A stretch of 64,000 nt of DNA from Abditibacterium sp. (GTDB lineage: Bacteria > Armatimonadota > Abditibacteriia > Abditibacteriales > Abditibacteriaceae). The stretch spans positions 2,304,001 to 2,368,000 of the forward strand of contig OZ251992.1 of NCBI GenBank assembly GCA_965246885.1, in the 5' to 3' direction. The position numbers were made by a program, and so were the translations under genes. The notes beneath the pieces were generated by a model. It did no database searches. It saw only the letters and a program-made list of their open reading frames with translations, and was not told the DNA's origin. Shown one piece after another: positions 27,232 through 36,696 of the stretch (the first letter of the stretch is position 1; every line of letters starts with the position of its first letter).

Positions 27232-27657
27232 TCAATTCCCGCTTTGGAGGCGTGCAATCGCGGCTAACTGCATGGAGTTCGGGTTCATCTCCATCAGCTC
27301 GATGCGGTTGCCTTCGGGGTCGTGCGTCCACGCTTGCTTGTTGCCGTCGGCGCCGGTTTGGACTTCGACATCTATCGGGGCGCCGCGTCCTTGGAGCAGG
27401 AAAACGGTGTGGTCTATGTTGGTGACTTCCAAACAGAGGTGCGAAAAGTGGCCATCGCGCGGGGTGGGCGGCTCGCCGACCTTGGGAAACAGTTCGAGAA
27501 ACGCCGTGTCGGAGATGCGGAGATAGACAATCCACACTTCGCCCTCATCGTTGCGCAGGCGGAACATTTCGGGAAATTCGAGGACGCGGGTGTAGAAGTC
27601 GAGGGTTGCTTCAAACTGGTAGGCGTCGAAGGCGACGTGGCCGATGGTTTTGATCAC
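27232..27657 (-). CDS. VOC/glyoxalase-family protein
   Basis: IGHVAF...FYTRVL, FLELF, HLCLEV and DPEGNRIELME motifs; GTG start inferred. Confidence 0.9.
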   Translation of the reverse strand: MIKTIGHVAFDAYQFEATLDFYTRVLEFPEMFRLRNDEGEVWIVYLRISDTAFLELFPKVGEPPTPRDGHFSHLCLEVTNIDHTVFLLQGRGAPIDVEVQTGADGNKQAWTHDPEGNRIELMEMNPNSMQLAAIARLQSGN

Positions 27658-27706
27658 GTTGTCAGTGTGCCCCGAAATGCGCCCCGCTTCCCAAACATCC
27701 CCGAAA

Positions 27707-28381
27707 ATGACCCCGCCAGCCCGCGCCTTTTGGGCCGCCGCGCGCGCCGTGTTTTGGAAGGATGTGCTGTCGGAGTGGCGCAGTCGCGCCGCGCTGGGAG
27801 CAGTCGCGCTGTTTTCCCTTTCGGCGCCGGTCGCGCTTGGGTTTTCGCTCGCGCAGCAACACTTGCCGCCCGAAGCGCAGGGGGCCTTGCTCTGGTCGGT
27901 GTTGTTTTTCGCGGCGTGCATCGGACTTCCGCGCGCCTTCGTCAAGGAGGAAGAAGCCGGGACGAGCGCGTTGTTGCGCTTGCACTTTGGGAGCGACGCG
28001 GTATTTTGGGGCAAGGCGGCGGGGCAGATGGCGCTGCTTTTGGTGACGCAGTTCGCGGCGGTGCCGGTGTTCGTGTTGCTGCTGGGCGCGCGGGTTCACA
28101 ACGCGCCGTTATTGCTCTTGACCCTGATGAGCGGCGACCTTGGCCTCGCGCTCTCGTCCACTCTTATCGGTGCGATGGCCGCGCAAGCGCGCGGGCGCGG
28201 CGCGCTGTTCCCGGCTTTGGCCGCGCCGATATTGTTACCGCTACTCGCCACACTGTCGGTTGCAACGGGCGCCGCGTTCGGCGCGCGCGTCGAAACTGGG
28301 GGCGCCTTGATGGTTGTTGGGGCGTTCGATTTGGCGCTCATCGGCGCGGGGGTGTTGGGGTTCGAGTTGGTTTGGAAGTAA
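27707..28381 (+). CDS. ccmB: Heme exporter protein B
   Basis: KDVLSEWRSR, FVKEEEAGT and PILLPLL motifs; about six TM helices; precedes ccmC; exact start uncertain. Confidence 0.85.
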   Translation: MTPPARAFWAAARAVFWKDVLSEWRSRAALGAVALFSLSAPVALGFSLAQQHLPPEAQGALLWSVLFFAACIGLPRAFVKEEEAGTSALLRLHFGSDAVFWGKAAGQMALLLVTQFAAVPVFVLLLGARVHNAPLLLLTLMSGDLGLALSSTLIGAMAAQARGRGALFPALAAPILLPLLATLSVATGAAFGARVETGGALMVVGAFDLALIGAGVLGFELVWK

Positions 28382-28387
28382 CGACTA

Positions 28388-29038
28388 ATGCTGAAATACA
28401 TCGCTTCCGCGTGGGTGTTGGTGGGGCTGCTGATTGCCTTGCTGATGCCGCGCGCGCAGAACTTACAAACGACGCCGATTGCGTTCTTTCACGTGCCGCT
28501 CGCCATTTCGATGCTGCTGCTCTTTCTGCTGGCGGCCATTTGGAGCGTGAAGTGGGCGTTTTTCGGGCGCCACGATGCCGATGATGCTCGCTCCCTCGCG
28601 TTCGCGGAGGTGGGCTTTGTCGCGGGGCTGATAGCGATGGCGACGGGAATGCTGTTCGCTAAAACGAACTGGGGAGCCTATTGGAGTTGGGATCCGCAGC
28701 AGGTCGGCGTGTTGGGCACGTTGCTCACTTACGCGGCGCTGTTCGCGTTGCGCGGCGCGACCGATGACGAAAACGCCAAGCGCCGCTTGTGGACGGTGTA
28801 TGCCGTGTTGGGCGTGATGGTCGCCTGCTTCGGCTCGTATGTCTACCGCCAAATTCTGCCCGCCAACACCAGCTTGCACCCCAACCAAACACTCACCCAC
28901 TCCGACCCGCTTTTCAAGTTCGCGCTGTGGTTCAACGTCGTCGGCTACGCCCTCCTCCTTATATGCGCGGCGAACGTGCGGGCGCGCTTAGAGATTGTCG
29001 CCAACCGTTTGGACGAGCGCGCATGGCGGGCGCGTTAA
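28388..29038 (+). CDS. ccmC: Heme exporter protein C
   Basis: FFHVP, WGAYWSWDP (WWD motif) and SLHP His ligand. Confidence 0.9.
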   Translation: MLKYIASAWVLVGLLIALLMPRAQNLQTTPIAFFHVPLAISMLLLFLLAAIWSVKWAFFGRHDADDARSLAFAEVGFVAGLIAMATGMLFAKTNWGAYWSWDPQQVGVLGTLLTYAALFALRGATDDENAKRRLWTVYAVLGVMVACFGSYVYRQILPANTSLHPNQTLTHSDPLFKFALWFNVVGYALLLICAANVRARLEIVANRLDERAWRAR

Positions 29039-29054
29039 GGGCACACTTCCTCCC

Positions 29055-29234
29055 ATGACTTCCGATTCGCTGTTTGTGTTGGCCGTCTCGATTCTAACCC
29101 TCGGCGGCGTGTTCGCGTATTTGTTGCGCGTGGAAGCGCTCGCCAAACGCTTGGAAGTGCGAGCGCGAGACGAAGAGTTGCTCGACGCGCCCTCCGCTTC
29201 GCTTGCGTCGGTGGAAGACGCGCCGCGCCGATGA
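29055..29234 (+). CDS. CcmD-like small membrane protein
   Basis: 59 aa, single TM helix followed by a charged tail; position after ccmC. Confidence 0.6.
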   Translation: MTSDSLFVLAVSILTLGGVFAYLLRVEALAKRLEVRARDEELLDAPSASLASVEDAPRR

Positions 29235-29842
29235 CTGTATTCCCCGTCGCGCTCACCCTCGAAGGTCGCCGCGTGTTGGTCGTTGGCGGCGGGAACGTCG
29301 CCGCGCGTAAAGTGGCCGCCCTCTTGGACGCGGGCGCCGATGTCACTGTCGTTGCGCCCGACCTCGCTCCCGGCTTCCCCGATGGCGTTCGGCATATCGC
29401 GCGCCTCTTTCAAGAGGCGGATTGTACCGGATTTCCAATCGTTTATGCCGCTACTGACAAGAGCGAGGTAAATATTCGCGTGCGGGACGACGCGCACTGT
29501 GTCGGCGCCTTAGTCAACGACGCCAGCGACCCCGACGCGAGCGACTTCCACACCCAAGCCGTCGTGCGACGCGGCGCGATTACCGTCGGCATCTCAACGG
29601 GCGGTCTGTCGCCGGTCGTGTCGGCGCACCTGAAAGGAGTTATCGAGGCCGCCATCGGGCCGGAGTGGGAGGAGTTACTCGCCCTCATCGCGGAGGTGGG
29701 CGAGCCGGAGGTGGCCGAGCGCGGCGCGTTCTGGCGGGCGGTGTTGGAAAGTGGGGCGCTCGAACTTCTGCGCGACGGGAAGCGAAAGGAAGCGCGGGAG
29801 AGACTACCATTAGCAAAGCCCGCGCTCCCGCCCGCGCGCTGA
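29231..29842 (+). CDS. Precorrin-2 dehydrogenase / sirohydrochlorin ferrochelatase (SirC/Met8/CysG-N)
   Basis: VLVVGGGNVAARK, AATD, VNDASDP and ISTGGLSP motifs. Confidence 0.92.
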   Translation: MTVFPVALTLEGRRVLVVGGGNVAARKVAALLDAGADVTVVAPDLAPGFPDGVRHIARLFQEADCTGFPIVYAATDKSEVNIRVRDDAHCVGALVNDASDPDASDFHTQAVVRRGAITVGISTGGLSPVVSAHLKGVIEAAIGPEWEELLALIAEVGEPEVAERGAFWRAVLESGALELLRDGKRKEARERLPLAKPALPPAR

Positions 29843-29874
29843 TGGTCTGGAAAGCGCACACTTTCTCCGTTTCC

Positions 29875-31155
29875 ATGTCGCGTTTGCATCTGCTGGGGTT
29901 GAACCACAAAACCGCGCCCGTCGAAGTGCGCGAGCGGTTCGCCCTGCCCGCCGCGCGGCTCGAACACGCGCTCGGCTACGTGCGCGGCGTCGCGGGCGTG
30001 GAGGAAGCGGCGATTCTGGCGACGTGCAACCGCGTCGAGATATATCTTCGCGGCGACGAGGGGGCCGGAGAACGCACGCGGCGGGCGCTCAACGAGCCGC
30101 ACTCCTTCGGCGCCGGGGGCTTCGACCAGCACTTGTATCTCAAAGCCGACGAGGACGCGGCGCGGCACTTGTTTGAAGTGGCGAGCGGGCTGGACTCCCT
30201 CGTTCTGGGCGAAAGCGAGATTCTGGGGCAAGTCAAGACCGCCATCGCGCACGCCCGCGACAACGGGAGCGCGCGGCGCCACTTGGATGAACTCTTCCGC
30301 CGCGCCATTTCGTGCGGCAAGCGCGCCCGGAGTGAGACCGGCATCGGGCGCGGCGCGCAAAGCGTGGGCGCGGCGGCAGTGGAACTCGCCCGCCAAATCT
30401 TTGGCTCCCTCCAAGGGCAAACCGTCCTTATATTGGGCGCGGGTAAAATGTCCGAGCGCGTGGCGCAGTGCCTCGTTTCGAGCGGCGCCAAGCGCGTCTT
30501 AGTCGCCAACCGCACCTTTGAGCGCGCCGCACTTCTCGCGCAGGAGTGGAGCGACGACGGACTCAACACCGAAGCCATCAAGTGGGACGACTTCGCGCAC
30601 TACCTCGCGCAGGCCGACATCGTGATCGCCTCGACCCGCGCGCCGGGCTACGTTGTGACGCCCGCTCACGTCGCGCCCGCCATGAAGGGGCGCCGCAAGC
30701 CGCTCCTGCTTATAGACATCGCCGTGCCGCGCGACATCGACCCGGCCTGTTCACGCTTCGAGGACGCCTTTTGCTTCGACATAGACGACTTGCAGGGCGT
30801 CGTCGCGCAGGGTGCCCAAGCGCGGCAATCGGAAGTCGCGGGCGTCCATGCCATCATCGCCCAAGAATTAGCGGCGTGGGCCGAGTGGGAGCGCGCGAGC
30901 GGCGCTCAAAGCGCGCTTTCACGGCTCGCAGGGCACGCCAACGAGGTGCGCGACCGCGAGGTTGCCGCCGCCCTCGCCAAGTTGGAGCACCTCAGCCCCA
31001 AAGACCGCGCCGTTGTCGAAGGCCTCGCCCGCGCCGTCGCCGGGAAGCTGATGCACGCGCCGCTTGCGCACCTGCGAAGCGGCGGGCAGGACGACGCCGA
31101 AGCCCTGTTGCGCGCCTTTGGCTTGGGAGGTGAGGAAGCCAATGACTCGCTTTGA
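29875..31155 (+). CDS. hemA: Glutamyl-tRNA reductase
   Basis: GLNHKTAPVEVRE, TCNRVE, GLDSLVLGESEILGQ, GAGKM and DIAVPRD motifs. Confidence 0.97.
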   Translation: MSRLHLLGLNHKTAPVEVRERFALPAARLEHALGYVRGVAGVEEAAILATCNRVEIYLRGDEGAGERTRRALNEPHSFGAGGFDQHLYLKADEDAARHLFEVASGLDSLVLGESEILGQVKTAIAHARDNGSARRHLDELFRRAISCGKRARSETGIGRGAQSVGAAAVELARQIFGSLQGQTVLILGAGKMSERVAQCLVSSGAKRVLVANRTFERAALLAQEWSDDGLNTEAIKWDDFAHYLAQADIVIASTRAPGYVVTPAHVAPAMKGRRKPLLLIDIAVPRDIDPACSRFEDAFCFDIDDLQGVVAQGAQARQSEVAGVHAIIAQELAAWAEWERASGAQSALSRLAGHANEVRDREVAAALAKLEHLSPKDRAVVEGLARAVAGKLMHAPLAHLRSGGQDDAEALLRAFGLGGEEANDSL

Positions 31156-31951
31156 ATCTCCCCTGCTCGCCCTTGCCGCGACGTGCTACTTCGGCGCGAT
31201 GCTGCTCTTATGGGCGCACCTGTTCTTGCCGCGTCGCGACGACGACGCGCGCCGGAGCGCCAACTTTGGACGGGCGCTGTTATGGGCGGGGTCGCTCGCG
31301 CATCTCGGCTCTCTCGCTGGTCAGGGGCCGACCTTATTCGCGGTCAAGGCGGGCGTGGTCGGGCTGTTCGGATGGATTCTCATCGCCTCGTTTCTGCTCG
31401 TGGCGCGGCGCGTGGAAGCGGGGGTGGGGGCAGTCGTGGCGCCTTTGGCGCTGTTGGCCGCGCTGTATTCCCTCGCGGCGCCGCAACTGCACGCGTGGAC
31501 GCCGAGTAACCGCTTGGGCGCGCTGTGGCTGGTCGTCCATGTCTTCGTCCTTGTGTGCGCGTATGTGTCGCTCGCCTTCGCGGGCGCGGCCTCGCTCGTG
31601 TATTTGATTCAAGAGGCGCTCTTAAAGCGGCGCCAACTGTCGGGGCTATGGCAACGTTTGCCGTCGCTGCAAGTCGCGGACGAGTGGATTTATCGCGCGT
31701 CCGCGTTTGGACTGGCACTGCTCACGCTGGGATTGTTTACGGGCATCGCGTTCAACGGCGACGGATCGTATCAAGCGCTGCGCGATCCGAAGACAATCTT
31801 TTCTGGCCTGACGTGGGCGATTTTCGCGCTGTATCTGGGGGCGCGCTGGAAGTTGGGTTGGCACGGTCGCCGCTCGAATTTGTTCGTCATCTACGGCTTC
31901 TTGGTGATGGCGTTCTCGTTCTTTAGTGTGCCGCACCTCGTTTCTCCATGA
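31142..31951 (+). CDS. Cytochrome c assembly family membrane protein (CcsA/HemX-like)
   Basis: WLVVHV, RLPSL, DPK...TW and GWHGRR motifs; lies between hemA and hemC, the usual HemX position. Confidence 0.85.
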   Translation: MTRFESPLLALAATCYFGAMLLLWAHLFLPRRDDDARRSANFGRALLWAGSLAHLGSLAGQGPTLFAVKAGVVGLFGWILIASFLLVARRVEAGVGAVVAPLALLAALYSLAAPQLHAWTPSNRLGALWLVVHVFVLVCAYVSLAFAGAASLVYLIQEALLKRRQLSGLWQRLPSLQVADEWIYRASAFGLALLTLGLFTGIAFNGDGSYQALRDPKTIFSGLTWAIFALYLGARWKLGWHGRRSNLFVIYGFLVMAFSFFSVPHLVSP

Positions 31952-32895
31952 ACTCCATCTCACTCGTCATGGGCACGCGCGGCAGCGCCTTGGCGTTGGC
32001 TCAGGCGCGGCAGTTTGCCGCCGCGCTCGAATTCTTCCACCCCGGCCTCCATGTCGAAGAGCGCATCATCCGCACAACTGGCGACGCCAATCAAACCGCC
32101 TCCCTTCCCCAAATCGGCGGCAAGGGCGTCTTTACCCTCGAAATCGAGGCCGCGCTCTTGGCGGGTGACATCCACTTCGCCGTTCATTCCCTCAAAGACC
32201 TGCCGCCCGCCATGCCCGAAGGCTTGTGCCTCGCCTGCGTCCCCCTGCGCGAGAACCCCGCCGACTGCCTCATTCTCAGCCCCACCTTAGCCGAGGACGA
32301 CGGCTTTCGGGGGGAACTGTCCGTTCTTCCGCACGGCGCCCACGTCGGCACGTCCAGCCTGCGCCGCCGCGCCATGCTGTTGCAATTGCGCCCCGACCTC
32401 CAAATTTCCGACGTGCGCGGCAACATAGACACGCGCTTGCGTAAACTGGCCGAAGGCCAGTTCGCCGCCATCGTCTTGGCGCGCGCCGGAATCACGCGCC
32501 TCGAAGTCGAAGTCGCCCGCGCGCACAACCTGCCCGAATCGTGGTTCGTGCCCGCCCCCGGTCAAGGCGCCTTGGCCATCCAAGCGCGAGCGGACGACAT
32601 CCCCACCCGCGCCATTTTGCTCGCGCTTCAAGACGAAGCCACTCGAAGCGCCGTCGAAGCCGAGCGCGCCGTCGTCCGTGTCTTGGAAGCCGGTTGCTCC
32701 ACGCCCTTGGGCGCTGTTGCCCGCGCTTTCGGCGACACGCTGTCCCTCCATGCCGCCGTCCTGTCGCCCGATGGCAGTCGCCGCGTCGCCGTGTCCGTTC
32801 AAGGCGCGGGCGCCCCGGACATCATCGGCGAGCGCGCCGCGCGGTCACTGCTCGAAAAGGGCGCCGCAGAATTGTTGGATTCAGCCTCCCATTGA
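31948..32895 (+). CDS. hemC: Hydroxymethylbilane synthase
   Basis: GTRGSALALAQ, GGKGVFT, VHSLKD, GTSSLRR, RGNIDTRL and GCSTP motifs. Confidence 0.97.
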   Translation: MNSISLVMGTRGSALALAQARQFAAALEFFHPGLHVEERIIRTTGDANQTASLPQIGGKGVFTLEIEAALLAGDIHFAVHSLKDLPPAMPEGLCLACVPLRENPADCLILSPTLAEDDGFRGELSVLPHGAHVGTSSLRRRAMLLQLRPDLQISDVRGNIDTRLRKLAEGQFAAIVLARAGITRLEVEVARAHNLPESWFVPAPGQGALAIQARADDIPTRAILLALQDEATRSAVEAERAVVRVLEAGCSTPLGAVARAFGDTLSLHAAVLSPDGSRRVAVSVQGAGAPDIIGERAARSLLEKGAAELLDSASH

Positions 32896-32909
32896 CCAAA
32901 GCTCCTGCT

Positions 32910-33299
32910 TTACAGTAGCGACTCTATTTTCTCTTGCACCGTATCCGGATAAAACGACTTGGGCCAACCGCTCCAATCCCAAGGCAGTACGAGGGCGCCG
33001 CTTGTCAAAGCGAATTGCTGGATGTTGGCACCCTCGCTCTGCGACAGGTGAATTTCTTTGATGCTTTTGGCGACCGCTTCCTTGCCGATAGCGTCTTTGG
33101 TAATGCCGCGAAAGATTTCGTTGAGCGGCTTGAGGCAGTTCTCCTCCAAGTTCTCCATCGCGTTGATATCGTGGGCGAAGCTGTCCCAGTCCACGTTGTA
33201 GGTAAGGGCGCTGCCGGTGATTTGCCGCAATTCGTCCTGATATTTGGGGAGCGTTTGGCTTTGCAACCGCTCGGTGGTTCTCATTTCTATTAGTCCCAT
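32910..33299 (-). CDS. Hypothetical protein
   Basis: GAGGAG RBS 7 nt before the ATG; 129 aa with VDWDSF motif. Confidence 0.8.
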   Translation of the reverse strand: MGLIEMRTTERLQSQTLPKYQDELRQITGSALTYNVDWDSFAHDINAMENLEENCLKPLNEIFRGITKDAIGKEAVAKSIKEIHLSQSEGANIQQFALTSGALVLPWDWSGWPKSFYPDTVQEKIESLL

Positions 33300-33392
33300 G
33301 GGTGTTCTCCTCGAATCGCAGTAATTTTATCGAAGTCTCTCCCGTTTGTCATGCTTTTTTTCATGGATTTGAGGATGAATTTCCAACGCCAC

Positions 33393-33549
33393 TGTCTGCC
33401 TTCCAATGACCGCCGTCTGTCACCGATTCCCGCGCGGCTGGCGGCAATTCCCGCGCGTGTGGCGGCGATTCTCACACGTGTGGCGGCGATTCCCGCGCGT
33501 CTGTCATTCGCCGACAGACGGCAGTGAAAAGGTCGCCGACGTCTGTCTT
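33393..33549. repeat. 21-bp-period array D (about 8 units)
   Basis: CGTCTGTCACCGATTCCCGCG / CGTGTGGCGGCGATTCCCGCG-type units; unit starts at 33414, 33435, 33456, 33477, 33498, 33519, 33540. Confidence 0.9.
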
Positions 33550-33699
33550 TGGGAGCGCGGCGGGGGCTTGTGTTATCCTTTCCTTTATTACAGAACGTGC
33601 GCGCGCACGGAGAGATTGAGGGGAAACCCTTGAAGGGGCGCACTTCTTCTTGCGGCTCGCCATCGCAGACGACATTCCAGCCAACGAGCCGCACTCGTT

Positions 33700-36546
33700 A
33701 TGGAACACGAATACCCCGGCAGTTCTAACCTGCTTTTTGTCGAAGAAATCTACGCCGACTACGAACGCGACCCCGAATCGGTGCCCGCCCCTTGGCGGCG
33801 CTACTTCGACGCCCTCGAACCGCAACTGGGACGCGGCGAAAACGGCTCCACTCAAATCGGCCCGTCCTTCACGCCGTCCTCGATTTTCAACCCCGCCGGA
33901 AGCAGTTCCCCCGCCGCCAAAGAAGGCAAAGGCAGCAACGGCATCGCGTACGGCGCGCGGCGCGCCACGATTGCCTCCGAAGCCAAAGAGCGCCAAGAGG
34001 CCGTCACCCAATTGGTGCGCAACTACCGCGTGCGCGGGCACTTGCTCGCTGACCTCGACCCTTTGGGCTTTACGCCCTCGCCCTCGATTCCCGAATTGGA
34101 GCCAGAGTTCTATGGCTTCACCGAAGCGGACATGGAGCGCGTCTTCGCGTGCGATAAGTCGTTGGAGCCGACCGGCATGCTGCCGTTGCGCGAAATCCTC
34201 GCGCGCTTGAAGAACACTTACTCGCGCACCATCGGCGTTCAGTTCACGCATATAGACGACATCGAAGCGCGGCGCTGGCTCCAGCAACGGATGGAGTCCA
34301 GTCAGAACCGCATTGAACTTGGCCGCAAAGAGCAAGTGCGCATCCTGACGCGCTTAACCGACGCTGCTATGTTCGAGGAGTTCATCCGCCGGAAGTTCAC
34401 CGGCGCCAAGTCGTTCTCCTTGGAAGGCGCCGAGAGTTTGTTGCCCCTTCTGGACCTGTCCATCGAAGAAGCGGGCGAGCAAGGCGTCCAAGAGGTCGTG
34501 ATTGGCATGGCCCACCGGGGGCGCTTGAACGTGCTCGCCAACATTATTGGCAAGTCGCCGCGCGAAATCTTCCGCGAGTTCGAGGACAAAGACGCCGACC
34601 TCCACATGGGCGGCGGCGACGTGAAGTATCACCTCGGCTACGTCAACGACTGGCAAACCTCGTCGGGAAGGCGCGTCAAGCTGTCGCTGTGCTTCAACCC
34701 CTCGCACTTGGAGTTCGTCAACACCGTCGCAATGGGCCGCTTGCGCGCCAAGCAAGACCGCATCGAGGACACCCTGCGCGAGCGCGGCCTCGTCATCCTT
34801 ATTCACGGCGACGCCGCTTTCGCGGGCGAGGGCGTCATTCAAGAAACGCTCAACTTGTCGCAACTCCCCGGCTACACCGTCGGCGGCGCGTTGCACGTCA
34901 TTATCAACAATCAGATTGGCTTCACCACCGGCCCGTCCGAAGCGCGCTCCTCGCACTACTGCACCGACGTAGCGAAGATGCTGCAAATCCCCATCTTCCA
35001 CGTCAACGGCGAAGACCCCGAAGCCGTCGCGGCGGTCGTGAAGATGGCGATGGAGTTCCGCCGCCAGTTCGGGCGCGACGCCGTGATCGATATGTACGGC
35101 TACCGCAAGTTAGGCCACAACGAGTCCGACGAACCGGCCTTTACCCAGCCGCTCATCTACGCCGCCATCGCCAAGCGCAAATCGGTGCGCGAAGCGTATC
35201 TCGACCGCCTCCTGAAACTGGGCGGCGTCACGCGCGAGGAAGCCGAAGCCATCGCCGACCGCCGCCGCGAGGAGTTGGAAAAGGAACTCAACGAAGCGCA
35301 CCGCGACCAGCCCGCACCCGCCAAAGTGCGCCAAACGCACGGCGGCTATGTCGGGGGACACGACTGGGATGTGCCCGAAGTTGCAACCGCCGTTCCCAAA
35401 GAGCAGTTGCAATCCCTGCTCGAAAGCATGGCGCGCGTGCCCGAAGACTTCCACCCGCATCCCAAAATCGCGCGCATCCTTAAAGGCCGCGCGCAAATGG
35501 CGCGGGGAGAGTTGCCCCTCGACTGGGCGGCAGGCGAAGCCCTCGCCTACGCCAGCTTGTCTTTGGACGGCGTGCCCGTGCGCTTGACGGGGCAGGACTC
35601 CGAGCGTGGGACGTTCTCGCATCGGCACGCGGTGTTGCACGACGTTGAGAACGATACGGAATACACGCCGCTCCTCAATCTGGCGCCGCGCCAAGGCCGC
35701 TTGGAAATCCGCAACTCGCCGCTTTCCGAAATCGGCGTCTTGGGCTTTGAGTATGGCTACTCGCTCGATGCCCTCGCGGGCCTTACCATCTGGGAAGCGC
35801 AGTTCGGCGACTTTTGGAACACGGCGCAGGTCATCGTTGACCAGTTCATCGTGTCCGCCGAGGACAAGTGGCAACACTTGTCCGGCCTCGTCATGCTTTT
35901 GCCGCACGGCTACGAGGGGAGCGGGCCGGAACACTCGTCGGCGCGCTTGGAGCGGTTCTTGATGTTAGGGGCCGAAGACAACATCCAGATCGTCTACCCC
36001 ACCACGCCCGCCCAATGCTTCCACATGATGCGCCGCCAAGTCTTGCGCAAGTTGCGCAAGCCGCTCATCGTGATGAGTCCCAAGTCCCTGTTGCGCCACT
36101 TGGAATGCGTGTCCAGCTTGGAAGACCTTTCGGGCGGCACATGGCAACGCATCATTCCCGACTCACACCTTGACGAGGGCCGCGCGGTGGGCAAGGTGTT
36201 GCTGTGCACCGGCAAAATCTACTACGAACTCGACAAAGAGCGCGAAGCGCGCGGCGCGGATGACGTGGCCATCCTTCGCGTCGAGCAGTTATACCCCCTG
36301 CGCGACGAACAACTCATGGCCGCCCTCGCCCCCTACGGCGCGGGCACCAAGGTCGTCTGGGTGCAGGAGGAACCCGAAAACATGGGCGCGTGGCGGCACA
36401 TCAATTACAATCACGGCGCCGCCCTGCGCTCGGAGTTCGACTTCTCCTTCGTGTCCCGCCCCGCTTCGGCCAGCCCCGCGACCGGCTCCAGTTCCAGCCA
36501 CCGCAAGGAACAAGAAAAGCTCATTGGCCAAGCCTTCGACCGCTAA
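33700..36546 (+). CDS. sucA: 2-oxoglutarate dehydrogenase E1
   Basis: FSLEGAE, GMAHRGRLN, GDVKYH, HGDAAFAGEG, WEAQFGDF and LPHGYEG motifs. Confidence 0.97.
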   Translation: MEHEYPGSSNLLFVEEIYADYERDPESVPAPWRRYFDALEPQLGRGENGSTQIGPSFTPSSIFNPAGSSSPAAKEGKGSNGIAYGARRATIASEAKERQEAVTQLVRNYRVRGHLLADLDPLGFTPSPSIPELEPEFYGFTEADMERVFACDKSLEPTGMLPLREILARLKNTYSRTIGVQFTHIDDIEARRWLQQRMESSQNRIELGRKEQVRILTRLTDAAMFEEFIRRKFTGAKSFSLEGAESLLPLLDLSIEEAGEQGVQEVVIGMAHRGRLNVLANIIGKSPREIFREFEDKDADLHMGGGDVKYHLGYVNDWQTSSGRRVKLSLCFNPSHLEFVNTVAMGRLRAKQDRIEDTLRERGLVILIHGDAAFAGEGVIQETLNLSQLPGYTVGGALHVIINNQIGFTTGPSEARSSHYCTDVAKMLQIPIFHVNGEDPEAVAAVVKMAMEFRRQFGRDAVIDMYGYRKLGHNESDEPAFTQPLIYAAIAKRKSVREAYLDRLLKLGGVTREEAEAIADRRREELEKELNEAHRDQPAPAKVRQTHGGYVGGHDWDVPEVATAVPKEQLQSLLESMARVPEDFHPHPKIARILKGRAQMARGELPLDWAAGEALAYASLSLDGVPVRLTGQDSERGTFSHRHAVLHDVENDTEYTPLLNLAPRQGRLEIRNSPLSEIGVLGFEYGYSLDALAGLTIWEAQFGDFWNTAQVIVDQFIVSAEDKWQHLSGLVMLLPHGYEGSGPEHSSARLERFLMLGAEDNIQIVYPTTPAQCFHMMRRQVLRKLRKPLIVMSPKSLLRHLECVSSLEDLSGGTWQRIIPDSHLDEGRAVGKVLLCTGKIYYELDKEREARGADDVAILRVEQLYPLRDEQLMAALAPYGAGTKVVWVQEEPENMGAWRHINYNHGAALRSEFDFSFVSRPASASPATGSSSSHRKEQEKLIGQAFDR

Positions 36547-36572
36547 ATCCCGCCCAGTTCCAACACTTGCGC

Positions 36573-36604
36573 CCGCGCCCGACACCCCGTCGGGCGCGGT
36601 TTTT
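36573..36604 (+). terminator. Intrinsic terminator after sucA
   Basis: 11-bp perfect stem CCGCGCCCGAC / GTCGGGCGCGG, 5-nt loop, TTTTT tail. Confidence 0.8.
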
Positions 36605-36696
36605 CGTGCGGCTCAGGCATTTGAGTTAAACCGTAGGGCAGCAAATCGAACCGCGTCGCGCCCTCGCGCGTCCAAGCGGCTGTTCTCTCACTCGTT

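Noticed and set aside
27658..28014. N-terminal extension of the VOC ORF
   Set aside because: Overlaps ccmB on the opposite strand; the domain begins at about 27657
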